A DNA stretch of 56,329 nt from a bacterium (GCA_963613775.1 CAVEAQ010000001.1:1-56329), one strand, 5' to 3'; shown: positions 38,306 through 47,534, counted from the stretch's first letter. Made by a program: numbers and translations. Notes: generated from the sequence alone by a model not told the origin.

Positions 38306-39060
38306 TCGCCGATCTGGAGATTAAGTGAGACTTCAGATCCCTTCCTTGCGGTGCCCGGAGCTGGATTCTGCGTACGCACTACGGCCGCCACAGAGTCGGC
38401 GTAATCCCTGACCCCGGAGCCGAAGCGCAGCCTCCCTACATTGAGGGAGTTCTCCTGAAGAAGATCCACAGCCTGCAGATAGGACTTGCCGCTGAGATCC
38501 GGCACATAGGTCATATCGTCGCTGCCGAGTCCCAGCACCAGGTCAATCCTCGTGCCGCTGGAGACAGGAGCGCCGGCCGCTATGTCGAAGCCGTAGCGCT
38601 GCTGGCGCAGGACATTGTTGGTCGCGATGTCGCGGACATAGATGAGCCTGCCGAGAGTGAGTCCGTTGCGGAGGAGTTCCGCCTTGGCCTGACGCAGCGA
38701 GACTCCCACGAGCGAAGGCATATAGACTTCCTTGGGCGCTATGGTATTGGTAGTGAGACGTATCTTGCGTCCCTTCTTGACGCTGGAGCCGGCATCGGGG
38801 TTCTGCATATACACCGCTCCCGGCTTCATCCTCTTGACATAGACCGAGTCGGTCACCACGACCTTGAGGCCCGCGGACGAAGCCACAGCCTGCGCCTCCT
38901 GGGAGCTCATATTGGTAAAGTCAGGCACGGCAATCTCCTTGCCGTGCTGGGTCACTGCACCGAGCAGCAGGGATACCGCCGTCACCAGGACAGCCACGAA
39001 GACCACCGCCAGCAGGAGATTCTTCACAATCCAGTTTCCGAAAAAATCTTTGATATTCAT
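38302..39060 (-). CDS. Stand-alone PASTA-repeat membrane protein
   Basis: N-terminal TM; three repeats (VPDFTN, MPSLVG, VPDLSG...QNPAPG). Confidence 0.9.
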   Translation of the reverse strand: MNIKDFFGNWIVKNLLLAVVFVAVLVTAVSLLLGAVTQHGKEIAVPDFTNMSSQEAQAVASSAGLKVVVTDSVYVKRMKPGAVYMQNPDAGSSVKKGRKIRLTTNTIAPKEVYMPSLVGVSLRQAKAELLRNGLTLGRLIYVRDIATNNVLRQQRYGFDIAAGAPVSSGTRIDLVLGLGSDDMTYVPDLSGKSYLQAVDLLQENSLNVGRLRFGSGVRDYADSVAAVVRTQNPAPGTARKGSEVSLNLQIGE

Positions 39061-39061
39061 T

Positions 39062-39691
39062 TCAAATCATTATTATCCCACGTACCGTAAGCACTAGGGC
39101 GAAGCAGCATATCGCAATCCCCGCCACCCGGCTCATAATCCTCAGCGTCCTCTCTCCAGGCTTCACAAAAGTGGAGAGGAGCGCCACAACTGCAATCCAG
39201 TACAGAAACTCACCGGCAAACACAGCGACGAGCAATGCCCAGAGCGGAGCGTTCAGACTTCCATTGCCAAAACCCGCTACCGCCAGAAGCCCGAGCATCA
39301 TAGCAAGTGCCGCCGGGTTGGAGAGCGCGGTGCACATCGACTGGACAGAGCATCCCAGCAGGGAGAAAGTCCCCTCCCTCGGACGCCCCTCGGCCGAAAG
39401 GCTTATCTTGCCGCTATTGAGGCAGATACCTACACCGATGACGGCCACCAGCACTCCACCGGCAATCATTATCAGAGCAGAATGCTTCTCCACGAAGCCT
39501 TCGATCAGCGCCAAAGTAAAAAGCCCGACCGCAGCATAGACAGTGTCCGCCACGGCCGAGCCTAAACCCGTCATTATCCCTGCCGATCTGCCTCTGCAAA
39601 GCGTCTTCTGAATCACCATCAGCAGGACCGGTCCGACCGGCACCGCGGCGCATATTCCGATGAAGAAAGCCTTGATAAGTTCTGTAATCAC
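39062..39691 (-). CDS. LysE family translocator
   Basis: PVGPV, GLGSAVAD..Y, LSNP; hydrophobic. Confidence 0.88.
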   Translation of the reverse strand: MITELIKAFFIGICAAVPVGPVLLMVIQKTLCRGRSAGIMTGLGSAVADTVYAAVGLFTLALIEGFVEKHSALIMIAGGVLVAVIGVGICLNSGKISLSAEGRPREGTFSLLGCSVQSMCTALSNPAALAMMLGLLAVAGFGNGSLNAPLWALLVAVFAGEFLYWIAVVALLSTFVKPGERTLRIMSRVAGIAICCFALVLTVRGIIMI

Positions 39692-39696
39692 AGGGG

Positions 39697-39704
39697 CAAA
39701 GATA
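39697..39704 (-). promoter_or_regulatory. -7 box (TATCTTTG), 5 nt before the lysE-family GTG start
   Basis: Exact TAnnTTTG on the minus strand. Confidence 0.68.
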
Positions 39705-39712
39705 GTGATTTT

Positions 39713-42685
39713 TTACATCATTGGCGGTGGGCCTCCCGGGCCGCCGCCACCAGGACCGCCTGGGCCGCCGCCAGGACCGCCGCCATTAGGGCCGCCACCA
39801 CCTCTTCTGCGGCCTCCCATAGAGCCGAAGCGCCAGGTCAGGGAGACAACCACATAGCGTCCGAGGGTGTTGTTGACAGCCTCGCTGTGGTAGTTGGAAC
39901 TGTCGGTCACCGTAAGGTTCTTGGACTGCCCGAGGATGTCATATCCGCGGAGCGCGATGGTCATATTGTTGTTGAAGAGGAGCTTGGATATCTCCGCGTT
40001 GAGCACATACTGCGAAGGCTGCTCGGTGGAGTATCCCCTGTACCAGTTGTAGTCGAAATCACTCTCGAGGCTGATGCCGGTGGCGGTCCAGTTCCAGGTA
40101 AGGCTTGCGTTGATCTGGTTGTTCCAGGTCGTGGTATTGTCCTTGAGGGTGGAGATGGAATACCAGGAACGGTTCATCCTCGTGCTCCCGCCGACTGATG
40201 CCTCGAGCGCCGTGCCTCTGTAGGTGAAGCGGAAACGGTCGTTGGCACTGAGGGTGCGGGTGGTGTTCTCGGTGATGTGGGCCGCATAGTAGTCCGGATC
40301 GTTGAACTGCTCGATGAACCACTCCATAAACTCGTAGTAGCCGTCAGACTCGTACTTGCTCATATCGACATTGGTGCCGACATAAGAGGAACTCTTCCTC
40401 CAGTTGACGCCGAGAGAGTTGCTGATGGAGAACACACCGCTCTTGCCGAGCGGAAGGTTGCCGAACATATTGGCGCTGGCGCTGGAGTTTGATGGTCCGT
40501 TGAACGGCATCGTGTACTGTCCGCCGTTGGTGCCGTACCAGGTCGTGTTGACGATAGGGTTCTGGGTGTATTCACCATTGAAACGGAGATTGAACGAAGC
40601 GAATCTCTCGCGGTTGGAGTAGCGGAGGTCGCCCCTGAGGCTGTGTGAGAAGTACGGGGTCAGCGTAGGGTTACCGAAGCTGATGTTGAGCGGATCGGTG
40701 TTGTCCGGCACAGGCATCAACTGCGAGGTTGAAGGCTGCGAGGACTCGCCGCGGTAGAAGAGACGCCAGTTGAGGTTGTCGTTCAGATCCATGAACATCA
40801 TCGCCTGAGGGGAGAAGTTCCAGCGGAAGTCATCGTACTCCTGCGGCGTGTAGGAACCGTCGGTGGAGTTGTACTTGGTGGTGCTGTTGTAGGTCTTGGT
40901 AGGCATTGCGGAGAATCCCACCTGAGCCCTGAACTTGCTGTCCTGATAGAGGGCGTTGACGCCGATCTCCTGACGCACGTTCTCGTTGATGATGCGGTTG
41001 GAGTAGTTGTAGTCGACCTCCCTGGTCTCCATATCCACGGTCTCCTTCTCAGAGGTGGACTTGTTCCATCTGTAGGAGTAGTTCGCCTCCACATAGAAGT
41101 GGTTGCCGAGAGGTTCGGTATAGGTGAGGTTCCCGAAGAGGTTGTAGGACTTCTGCTCGTTGTTGAAGCTCTGGTTGACCTTTGATACCTCGGCGAGAGC
41201 GCCGTCGGCATTGTAGGTGTTGGTACCGTTGCTGTTGATACCGTCCATCACGTTGCTGGAGATGTCGAAGTTGAACATCGCCGTCATCGTGCGTCCCGGG
41301 AGTCCGAGTCTCTGACGGAAGAGGAGGAATCCTCCTGCGCTGGCGTTGCGGTTGTTGCCGGAGTTGTCGGTATAGGCATCGTTAAGCTTGGTCTGGCTGC
41401 CGGTGAAGTAGTCGCTGTAGGTTGTGTCGCGGCTGCTCTGGGAGTAATGACCGGTACCGAAGTTGACGGACGGCTCGAAGAGGATGGAGGTGTTCTCGGA
41501 GAACTTATGTTCGAGTCTCACGCCGAAACGGTGCCCGTCGGAGTGGGTGTTGCTCACGCCGGCGCTGTTGTAGATGAGGTTGTGGTCGGTGAGATAGGTG
41601 GTCTTGACGCTGTTCTCCTCAACGTCGTTGTCACTGGCGTTGTAGAGGTAGTTGCCGCCGAGCTCCATTTTGTCGTCGAAGAGGGTCCAGGCACCGTTGA
41701 CACCGCCCATATAGGAGGTAGTGATACCGTTGCCGCCGCCCCAGCCGCCTTGTCCACGGCCCATTCCGCCGCCGCCCATCATTCCCATCATCATATTGCC
41801 GGAACGGTTGGTGGCACCGCGGTTGTTGGTATTGTTGCCGTTGAGGATGAGACTGAGCTGAGTGTCCTCGGTGAACCTTCCGATGAATGCGTTGCCCTGA
41901 TAGCGGATATCGCTCTTGACACCCTCCTGCGACGGGATATCGTAGCCCACGCCGGCCTGCACGTTGCCGAGGAGACCCTTCATCATACCCGGCTGCACGG
42001 AGAGATCGATCACGGTCTCCTCCTCGCCGTCGTCGATGCCGGTAAACTCGGCCTGCTCCGACTTCTTCTGGATGACTTTGAGTTTGTTGACCATCTTGGC
42101 AGGTATGTTCTTGGTGGCCAGCTGAGGGTCATCAAGGAAGAAGGTCTTGCCATCGATGGTGATCTTGGAGATGCTCTCTCCGTTGACTGTGACGGAGCCG
42201 TCCTCAGACACCTCCACTCCGGGAAGTTTCTTGAGGAGGTCTTCGAGCACATCGTTGTCGGTGGTCTTGAAGGAAGACGCGTTGAATTCGATCGTATCCT
42301 TCTTGACAATGATAGGGTTGCCGACCGCAGAGACGGATGCCGCATCGAGCTGCTCGCTGTCCAGCGCCATCTTGATGGTTCCGAGATCCTTGGAAGCGGA
42401 CTCCATCTTCACCGTCACGGTGTAAGGCTTGTAGCCGAGAAGTTCAGCCTTGAAGCTGTACTCTCCCTTGCTCACTGACTCGATGGTGACTTTGCCCTTC
42501 TCGTCACTGAGCGCGTACTTGAGCGGCTTTTCCTGGCCAGACTTGTAGAGCGAGACCGTGACATAGCCGAGAGGCTCTCCGCTGGACGCATCGACCAGCG
42601 CTGCAGAAATCTTGTTCTGCGCTGAAGCGCCGACCCCGACAAAAAGCAGGCTCAACACTAGCAGGAGTGATTTTAATACCTTCAT
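39713..42685 (-). CDS. TonB-dependent-receptor-like outer membrane barrel with N-terminal carboxypeptidase-regulatory-like domain
   Basis: Signal peptide, KKDTIEFNA, LLKKLPGVEV, GNPTLTP, LGRYVVVSLTWRF, Gly/Pro tail. Confidence 0.88.
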   Translation of the reverse strand: MKVLKSLLLVLSLLFVGVGASAQNKISAALVDASSGEPLGYVTVSLYKSGQEKPLKYALSDEKGKVTIESVSKGEYSFKAELLGYKPYTVTVKMESASKDLGTIKMALDSEQLDAASVSAVGNPIIVKKDTIEFNASSFKTTDNDVLEDLLKKLPGVEVSEDGSVTVNGESISKITIDGKTFFLDDPQLATKNIPAKMVNKLKVIQKKSEQAEFTGIDDGEEETVIDLSVQPGMMKGLLGNVQAGVGYDIPSQEGVKSDIRYQGNAFIGRFTEDTQLSLILNGNNTNNRGATNRSGNMMMGMMGGGGMGRGQGGWGGGNGITTSYMGGVNGAWTLFDDKMELGGNYLYNASDNDVEENSVKTTYLTDHNLIYNSAGVSNTHSDGHRFGVRLEHKFSENTSILFEPSVNFGTGHYSQSSRDTTYSDYFTGSQTKLNDAYTDNSGNNRNASAGGFLLFRQRLGLPGRTMTAMFNFDISSNVMDGINSNGTNTYNADGALAEVSKVNQSFNNEQKSYNLFGNLTYTEPLGNHFYVEANYSYRWNKSTSEKETVDMETREVDYNYSNRIINENVRQEIGVNALYQDSKFRAQVGFSAMPTKTYNSTTKYNSTDGSYTPQEYDDFRWNFSPQAMMFMDLNDNLNWRLFYRGESSQPSTSQLMPVPDNTDPLNISFGNPTLTPYFSHSLRGDLRYSNRERFASFNLRFNGEYTQNPIVNTTWYGTNGGQYTMPFNGPSNSSASANMFGNLPLGKSGVFSISNSLGVNWRKSSSYVGTNVDMSKYESDGYYEFMEWFIEQFNDPDYYAAHITENTTRTLSANDRFRFTYRGTALEASVGGSTRMNRSWYSISTLKDNTTTWNNQINASLTWNWTATGISLESDFDYNWYRGYSTEQPSQYVLNAEISKLLFNNNMTIALRGYDILGQSKNLTVTDSSNYHSEAVNNTLGRYVVVSLTWRFGSMGGRRRGGGGPNGGGPGGGPGGPGGGGPGGPPPMM

Positions 42686-42701
42686 CTATTGCTTTTAAAT
42701 A

Positions 42702-43262
42702 CTATTTGACTCTATCCGGGTTCTCAACCACAAATTTCTCCCACGACGTCGTACCAGAAGCGCCGGAGAGGGGACTTGACAAGCGGTAATAATGACAGAG
42801 CGCGATGGCAAGCGCATCTGTCGCGTCGAGGTACTTGTTATCAATTTTGATGCCAAGAGTTTTCTGGGCCATCAGACAGACCTGCTGCTTGGACGCCGCG
42901 CCGTTGCCGCAGACGGCCATCTTCGCCTCGCGAGGCGCATATTCACAGACACTTACGCCTCTCGAGAGGGCTGCAACCATCGCTGCTCCCTGGGCTCTCC
43001 CGAGCTTGAAAATCACCTGGGCATTCTTGCCGTAGAAGGGAGACTCGATCGCAAGATGGTCCGGATGGTGGAGGTCGCAGAGAGAGGCTACTTTCTCGCT
43101 TATGACCTCAAGTTTGTCGTACGGGGAGGAGAGCTTGCGCAGGTCGAGCACGCCCATATCCACATACTGCGGCTTACCTGCCGCATCTGTACGGACAATC
43201 CCGAAACCAAGGATATTGGTTCCGGGATCTATGCCCAATATTGTTGTGCCGGACTTAATCAA
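42702..43262 (-). CDS. ruvC: Holliday junction resolvase RuvC
   Basis: ILGIDPGT, LAIESPF, KLGRAQG, GNGAASKQQV, DATDALAIALCH; probable TTG start at 43262 overlapping the serS stop. Confidence 0.95.
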   Translation of the reverse strand: MIKSGTTILGIDPGTNILGFGIVRTDAAGKPQYVDMGVLDLRKLSSPYDKLEVISEKVASLCDLHHPDHLAIESPFYGKNAQVIFKLGRAQGAAMVAALSRGVSVCEYAPREAKMAVCGNGAASKQQVCLMAQKTLGIKIDNKYLDATDALAIALCHYYRLSSPLSGASGTTSWEKFVVENPDRVK

Positions 43263-44526
43263 TCTTGTCGAATCCTGTGTATGGACGGAGAACCTCCGGG
43301 ATGACGATACCGTCCGGAGTCTGGTTGTCCTCGAGCAGAGCGGCCACGACGCGAGGGAGCGCGAGGGAGCTGCCGTTGAGGGTGTGTGCGAGCTGGGTCT
43401 TGCCGTTCTCGTCGCGATAGCGCAGATGCAGCCTGTTGCTCTGATAGGTCTCAAAATTGGAGACTGAGGATATCTCGAGCCAGCGCTGCTGGGCTGCTGA
43501 CCAGAGCTCGAAGTCGTAGGTGATTGCGGAGGTGAAGCTGAGGTCTCCGCCGCAGAGGCGAAGGATCCTGTACCTCAGGCCGAGCTTGTTGACGAGCGAC
43601 TCGACGTGGGCGACCATATCGTCGAGGGCGGCGTAGGAGTTCTCAGGCTTCTCGATGCGCACGATCTCCACCTTGTCAAACTGGTGCAGACGGTTGAGTC
43701 CGCGCACATCCTTGCCGTATGAGCCGGCTTCGCGGCGGAAGCAAGGGGTGTAGGCGGTGATGCGCTGCGGGATCTGGTCGGCGGAGAGAATCACGTCGCG
43801 GTAGATGTTGGTAAGCGGAACCTCGGCTGTAGGTACCATATAGAAATCGTCGAGATTGGCGTGGTACATCTGCCCCTCCTTGTCAGGAAGCTGGCCGGTA
43901 CCGAAGCCGGAAGCGGCGTTGACCATCACAGGCGGCTCGACTTCCTTATAGCCGGCCGCAGTGTTGCAGTCGAGGAAGAAGTTGATGAGAGCCCTCTGGA
44001 GCTTCGCACCCTTGCCCTTGTAGACAGGGAAGCCGGCTCCGGTGATCTTCACTCCGAGGTCGAAGTCGATGATGTCATACTTCCTGGCGAGCTCCCAATG
44101 CGGCTGTGCGCCCTCGGGGAGCTTAACCTCAGGACCGTCCATCTTGACGACCTCATTGTCCTCCGCGCCCTTGCCCGGCTTGACGAGGGAGCAAGGGATG
44201 TTCGGCATCAGCACGAGCTGACCCTCAAGCTCTTTGGAAGCCTCGTCCATCCTGGCGAGAAGCTCGGTTGACTTGGCCTTGAGGGAAGCGACCTCGGCTT
44301 TGGCGGCCTCGGCGGCATCCTTGAGGCCCTGCTTCATCAGACCTCCGATTTCTGCTGCCTTGACCTTCTGGGCGGCAAGCAGTTCATCGCTCTCGGCCTG
44401 GAGAGAGCGTCGCAGGGCATCGAGTTCGAGCACCTTGTCCACGTATGGCTTGGCGTCGAAGTTCTTGATCTTCAGTTTATCGATGACAGCCTGCGGGTCA
44501 TCGCGAAGCATTTTGAGTGTAAGCAT
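43255..44526 (-). CDS. serS: Serine-tRNA ligase
   Basis: Coiled-coil N-terminus, PTAEVP, FRREAGS, HQFDKVE, EISSVSN, HTLNGS. Confidence 0.98.
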   Translation of the reverse strand: MLTLKMLRDDPQAVIDKLKIKNFDAKPYVDKVLELDALRRSLQAESDELLAAQKVKAAEIGGLMKQGLKDAAEAAKAEVASLKAKSTELLARMDEASKELEGQLVLMPNIPCSLVKPGKGAEDNEVVKMDGPEVKLPEGAQPHWELARKYDIIDFDLGVKITGAGFPVYKGKGAKLQRALINFFLDCNTAAGYKEVEPPVMVNAASGFGTGQLPDKEGQMYHANLDDFYMVPTAEVPLTNIYRDVILSADQIPQRITAYTPCFRREAGSYGKDVRGLNRLHQFDKVEIVRIEKPENSYAALDDMVAHVESLVNKLGLRYRILRLCGGDLSFTSAITYDFELWSAAQQRWLEISSVSNFETYQSNRLHLRYRDENGKTQLAHTLNGSSLALPRVVAALLEDNQTPDGIVIPEVLRPYTGFDKID

Positions 44527-44541
44527 AACTCTTTATATAAC

Positions 44542-44579
44542 AATTAAAGGACTTACACTTATCTCGAAGTGCAAGTCCT
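44542..44579 (-). terminator. Hairpin after rpmA (possible conditional terminator)
   Basis: Minus strand AGGACTTGCAC-TTCGAGATAA-GTGTAAGTCCT-TTAATT. Confidence 0.6.
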
Positions 44580-44606
44580 CAGATTCTTTCCAAAACCCCT
44601 TCGAGA

Positions 44607-44867
44607 TTAATTCTCAAACGGGATTACCGATACATAAGATTTGTCGTTCCTCTTGCGGGAGAACTTGACTGTACCGTCAATGAGAGCGTAGAGGGTGTGG
44701 TCCTTGCCCATTCCGACATTCTTGTCAGGGTTGTGGACGGTGCCTCTCTGGCGCACGATGATATTTCCGGCTTTAACGACTTCGCCGCCGAATTTCTTGA
44801 GTCCAAGGCGTTTGCTTTCTGACTCACGACCGTTCTTAGAACTTGATTGACCTTTCTTGTGTGCCAT
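44607..44867 (-). CDS. rpmA: 50S ribosomal protein L27
   Basis: [29 protein letters not shown]. Confidence 0.98.
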   Translation of the reverse strand: MAHKKGQSSSKNGRESESKRLGLKKFGGEVVKAGNIIVRQRGTVHNPDKNVGMGKDHTLYALIDGTVKFSRKRNDKSYVSVIPFEN

Positions 44868-44872
44868 AATCC

Positions 44873-45184
44873 TTAAGCGATTTCGTTAATCTTAATCTTG
44901 GTGAGTTTCTGACGGTGACCGTTGAGCTTCTGGAAGCCCTTGCGGCGGATCTTCTTGAATACGAGAACCTTGTCAGCCTTAGCTTCGTCATCGAGCACGG
45001 TAGCCTTGACCACTGCACCCTCAACATAAGGAGTTCCGACCTTGACGTCCGCGTCACCTGCGACGAGGAGGACCTTCCTGAACTCCACTTCAGCACCTTT
45101 GGCATCGGCAAGCCTCTGCACAAAGATTTCATTGCCAGCTTCTACCTTGAACTGCTGGCCTGCAATGTCTACGATTGCGTACAT
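44873..45184 (-). CDS. rplU: 50S ribosomal protein L21
   Basis: [19 protein letters not shown]; start moved to 45184. Confidence 0.98.
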   Translation of the reverse strand: MYAIVDIAGQQFKVEAGNEIFVQRLADAKGAEVEFRKVLLVAGDADVKVGTPYVEGAVVKATVLDDEAKADKVLVFKKIRRKGFQKLNGHRQKLTKIKINEIA

Positions 45185-45273
45185 TTGAAACTTGTTTAAA
45201 AGTCCGGACCGCAAGCGGTCGCCTTCTGCGGCGGCTCTTATGCTATAGCTCGACGGCCTTGAATAACAGGGCG

Positions 45274-45281
45274 CAAATTTA
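45274..45281 (-). promoter_or_regulatory. -7 box (TAAATTTG) for rplU-rpmA
   Basis: Exact TAnnTTTG on the minus strand. Confidence 0.7.
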
Positions 45282-45313
45282 GGGAATTTTATCTTAACGA
45301 CAAATTATTTTGC

Positions 45314-45321
45314 TAATTTTG
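45314..45321 (+). promoter_or_regulatory. -7 box (TAATTTTG) for ATPase-cobB
   Basis: Exact TAnnTTTG. Confidence 0.62.
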
Positions 45322-45341
45322 TATCCAAACACTTCTGTTAT

Positions 45342-46496
45342 ATGGACGCACCTTTCATCTACAGCAAATACGTCACCGGCAAGAACTTCATCGGCCGGAA
45401 GTTGGAGGCGAGTGCCGTAGCCAACCTGCTGCGGCAGGGCGAAAACATCGTCATCTACGAGGCCCCCAAGACCGGCAAGACGTCGCTGGTGCAGCAGAGT
45501 TTCTACAATATGAAGACCTCGGGGCAGGACTTCGCCAGCGCAGAGATCAGCCTGATGAATGTCAGGACCGTCCGAGATATGGCTCTGCATCTCGGCACCG
45601 AGGTGCTCCGCGCAGCTTTCGGCGGTTCGGAGAGCTACTCCGCCCTGATCGCGGAGCTGCTGCCCGGCACACACTTCATCTTCGATGCGGAGCGCTTCAC
45701 CTCAGGCGGGGAGATACTCTCGCTCAACTGGGAGCTTGACCGGGACGACCTCAAGGCAGTGCTGGCCCTTCCCTACCGCTGCGCCATCAGGCGCGGGCGC
45801 AAGCTGTATGTAGTGATAGACGAGTTCCAGAACGTGATGCTCACCGAAGACGGCGAGGGAGTCTGCAAGCTGATGGAGGAAGTGTTCGACGAACTGAACG
45901 GGGAGATGAAGGCGGCGGCCGGCTACATCTTCATCGGCTCCAAGGTCAACGCGATGCACGAGATCTTCGGGACGAGGAGGTTCTTCTTCCGCCAGGCTGA
46001 GCGCGTCAAGGTCGGGGAGATCGACACCAGGGAGATCATCGAGCACGTCATACGCGGCTTTCTCGCGAGCGGCAAGGTAATCGACAGGGACTTGCTGCTG
46101 GGAGTATGCGGTCTTTTCCGCAACAATATCTGCTACATCAACCATTTCGCCTCGGTCTGCGACTCGCTGACCAAGGGATATATAATGGAGCCGGTCCTCA
46201 ACACCGCCCTCGACACCATCATCTCCATCCACGAGCCGCGCTTCGTGGCCACTATGGACGACCTGACCACCTTCCAGGTCAATCTGCTGAAGGCCATCCT
46301 TGACGGGCACGTCAAATTCACGAGCGCTGAAGTAATCGAGCAATACAGGCTCAACTCTTCGGCCAACGTGCGCAGGCTCAGGGACGCACTCTGCAAGAAG
46401 GAAATAGTCTACTTTGACGACAGCGGCAAACCACAGGTGATCGACCCTCTCTTCGAATACTGGGTGCGGCGCTATTATTTCGGCATGAAGATATGA
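45342..46496 (+). CDS. P-loop ATPase (archaeal-ATPase/STAND-like) with C-terminal wHTH
   Basis: NFIGR, APKTGKTS, VVIDEFQN, IDPLFEYW. Confidence 0.85.
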   Translation: MDAPFIYSKYVTGKNFIGRKLEASAVANLLRQGENIVIYEAPKTGKTSLVQQSFYNMKTSGQDFASAEISLMNVRTVRDMALHLGTEVLRAAFGGSESYSALIAELLPGTHFIFDAERFTSGGEILSLNWELDRDDLKAVLALPYRCAIRRGRKLYVVIDEFQNVMLTEDGEGVCKLMEEVFDELNGEMKAAAGYIFIGSKVNAMHEIFGTRRFFFRQAERVKVGEIDTREIIEHVIRGFLASGKVIDRDLLLGVCGLFRNNICYINHFASVCDSLTKGYIMEPVLNTALDTIISIHEPRFVATMDDLTTFQVNLLKAILDGHVKFTSAEVIEQYRLNSSANVRRLRDALCKKEIVYFDDSGKPQVIDPLFEYWVRRYYFGMKI

Positions 46497-47203
46497 ACAG
46501 AAAGAGAAGAATAGCGGTACTGACCGGAGCCGGAGTCAGCGCGGAGAGCGGGCTGCAGACCTACCGCGACAACGGCGGGCTCTGGAACGGAGTCGACCCG
46601 ATGGAGGTAGCCTCCGTCGAAGGCTGGAGCCGCAACCCCGGCAAGGTGCTGGAATTCTACAATGTACGGCGCGCGGAACTCCGGGACAGTTCTCCCAACG
46701 AAGCCCACAGGCTGATTGCCGGACTGGAGCAGGACAATATCGTGGACGTCATAACCCAGAACGTAGACAATCTGCACGAACGGGCGGGCTCCACGCACGT
46801 GGTGCATCTGCACGGTGAGCTCACCAAGATAAGGCCGGAAGATACCTGCAACGGCGAAGACGGGTTCTCGGAGAAATACGTCGTGGACATAGGCTACGAG
46901 CCGGTGCACCTCGGGGACAAAGCTCCGGACGGAGCGCAGTACAGGCCGCATATAGTATTCTTCGGGGAAGCGGTGCCTAAAATGGAGAGGGCGATAGAAC
47001 TCGTCTCCCGCGCGGATGTCCTGCTGATAGTGGGGACTTCGCTGCAGGTCTACCCCGCAGCGGGACTCTACCGCTACGCGGCTCCTACCACCCCTATATA
47101 CATAGTGGACCCCGCCGGGATGAGGCTCTCCGACTCCCGCATCACCCACATCAGGAAGGTCGCGACCGAGGGAGTCAAAGATTTTATTGCATTATTGAAA
47201 TAA
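46493..47203 (+). CDS. cobB: NAD-dependent protein deacylase (class III sirtuin)
   Basis: TGAGVSAESG, FYNVRR (YxxR), TQNVDNLHERAG, HLHG, RPHIVFFGE, GTSLQVYPAA. Confidence 0.95.
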   Translation: MNRKRRIAVLTGAGVSAESGLQTYRDNGGLWNGVDPMEVASVEGWSRNPGKVLEFYNVRRAELRDSSPNEAHRLIAGLEQDNIVDVITQNVDNLHERAGSTHVVHLHGELTKIRPEDTCNGEDGFSEKYVVDIGYEPVHLGDKAPDGAQYRPHIVFFGEAVPKMERAIELVSRADVLLIVGTSLQVYPAAGLYRYAAPTTPIYIVDPAGMRLSDSRITHIRKVATEGVKDFIALLK

Positions 47204-47208
47204 TTCAC

Positions 47209-47216
47209 TACCTTTG
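47209..47216 (+). promoter_or_regulatory. -7 box (TACCTTTG) for rpsU
   Basis: Exact TAnnTTTG. Confidence 0.72.
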
Positions 47217-47231
47217 CACCCGCAAAAAGAA

Positions 47232-47243
47232 AAAGGGGGTGAT
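47232..47243 (+). promoter_or_regulatory. Extended Shine-Dalgarno of rpsU
   Basis: AAAGGGGGTGAT ending 8 nt before the ATG. Confidence 0.8.
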
Positions 47244-47251
47244 TTAAAGAA

Positions 47252-47446
47252 ATGATTATCGTACCGGTAAAGGAAGGAGAGAACATCGAAAGGGCTCTTA
47301 AAAAATTCAAGAGGAAGTTCGAGAAGACGGGCGCAATCCGCGAACTCCGTTCACGCAAGAACTTCGAGAAGCCTTCCGAGAAGCGTCGTGTAGCCAGGAT
47401 GAAGGCTATCTACGTGCAGCATCTCCGTCTTGAAGACGAGCAGTAG
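47252..47446 (+). CDS. rpsU: 30S ribosomal protein S21
   Basis: VKEGENIERALKKFKRK, FEKPSEKRR. Confidence 0.98.
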   Translation: MIIVPVKEGENIERALKKFKRKFEKTGAIRELRSRKNFEKPSEKRRVARMKAIYVQHLRLEDEQ

Positions 47447-47470
47447 TCTTTCTTGCATCTACAGATAGAC

Positions 47471-47506
47471 AAAGACCGACCCATATAGGCCGGTCTTTTA
47501 TTTTTT
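47471..47506 (+). terminator. Intrinsic terminator after rpsU
   Basis: AAAGACCG...CGGTCTTT followed by a U-rich tail. Confidence 0.8.
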
Positions 47507-47508
47507 AT

Positions 47509-47516
47509 TATCTTTG
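47509..47516 (+). promoter_or_regulatory. -7 box (TATCTTTG) for tRNA-Leu
   Basis: Exact TAnnTTTG 18 nt before the tRNA. Confidence 0.72.
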
Positions 47517-47534
47517 CACTTGCGTAAAGCAACC

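Noticed and set aside
42702..43454. RuvC as a Cas/TnpB-type nuclease, and the 250-aa ORF start
   Set aside because: Ordinary ~186-aa Holliday junction resolvase; the extended N-terminus is an overlap with serS.
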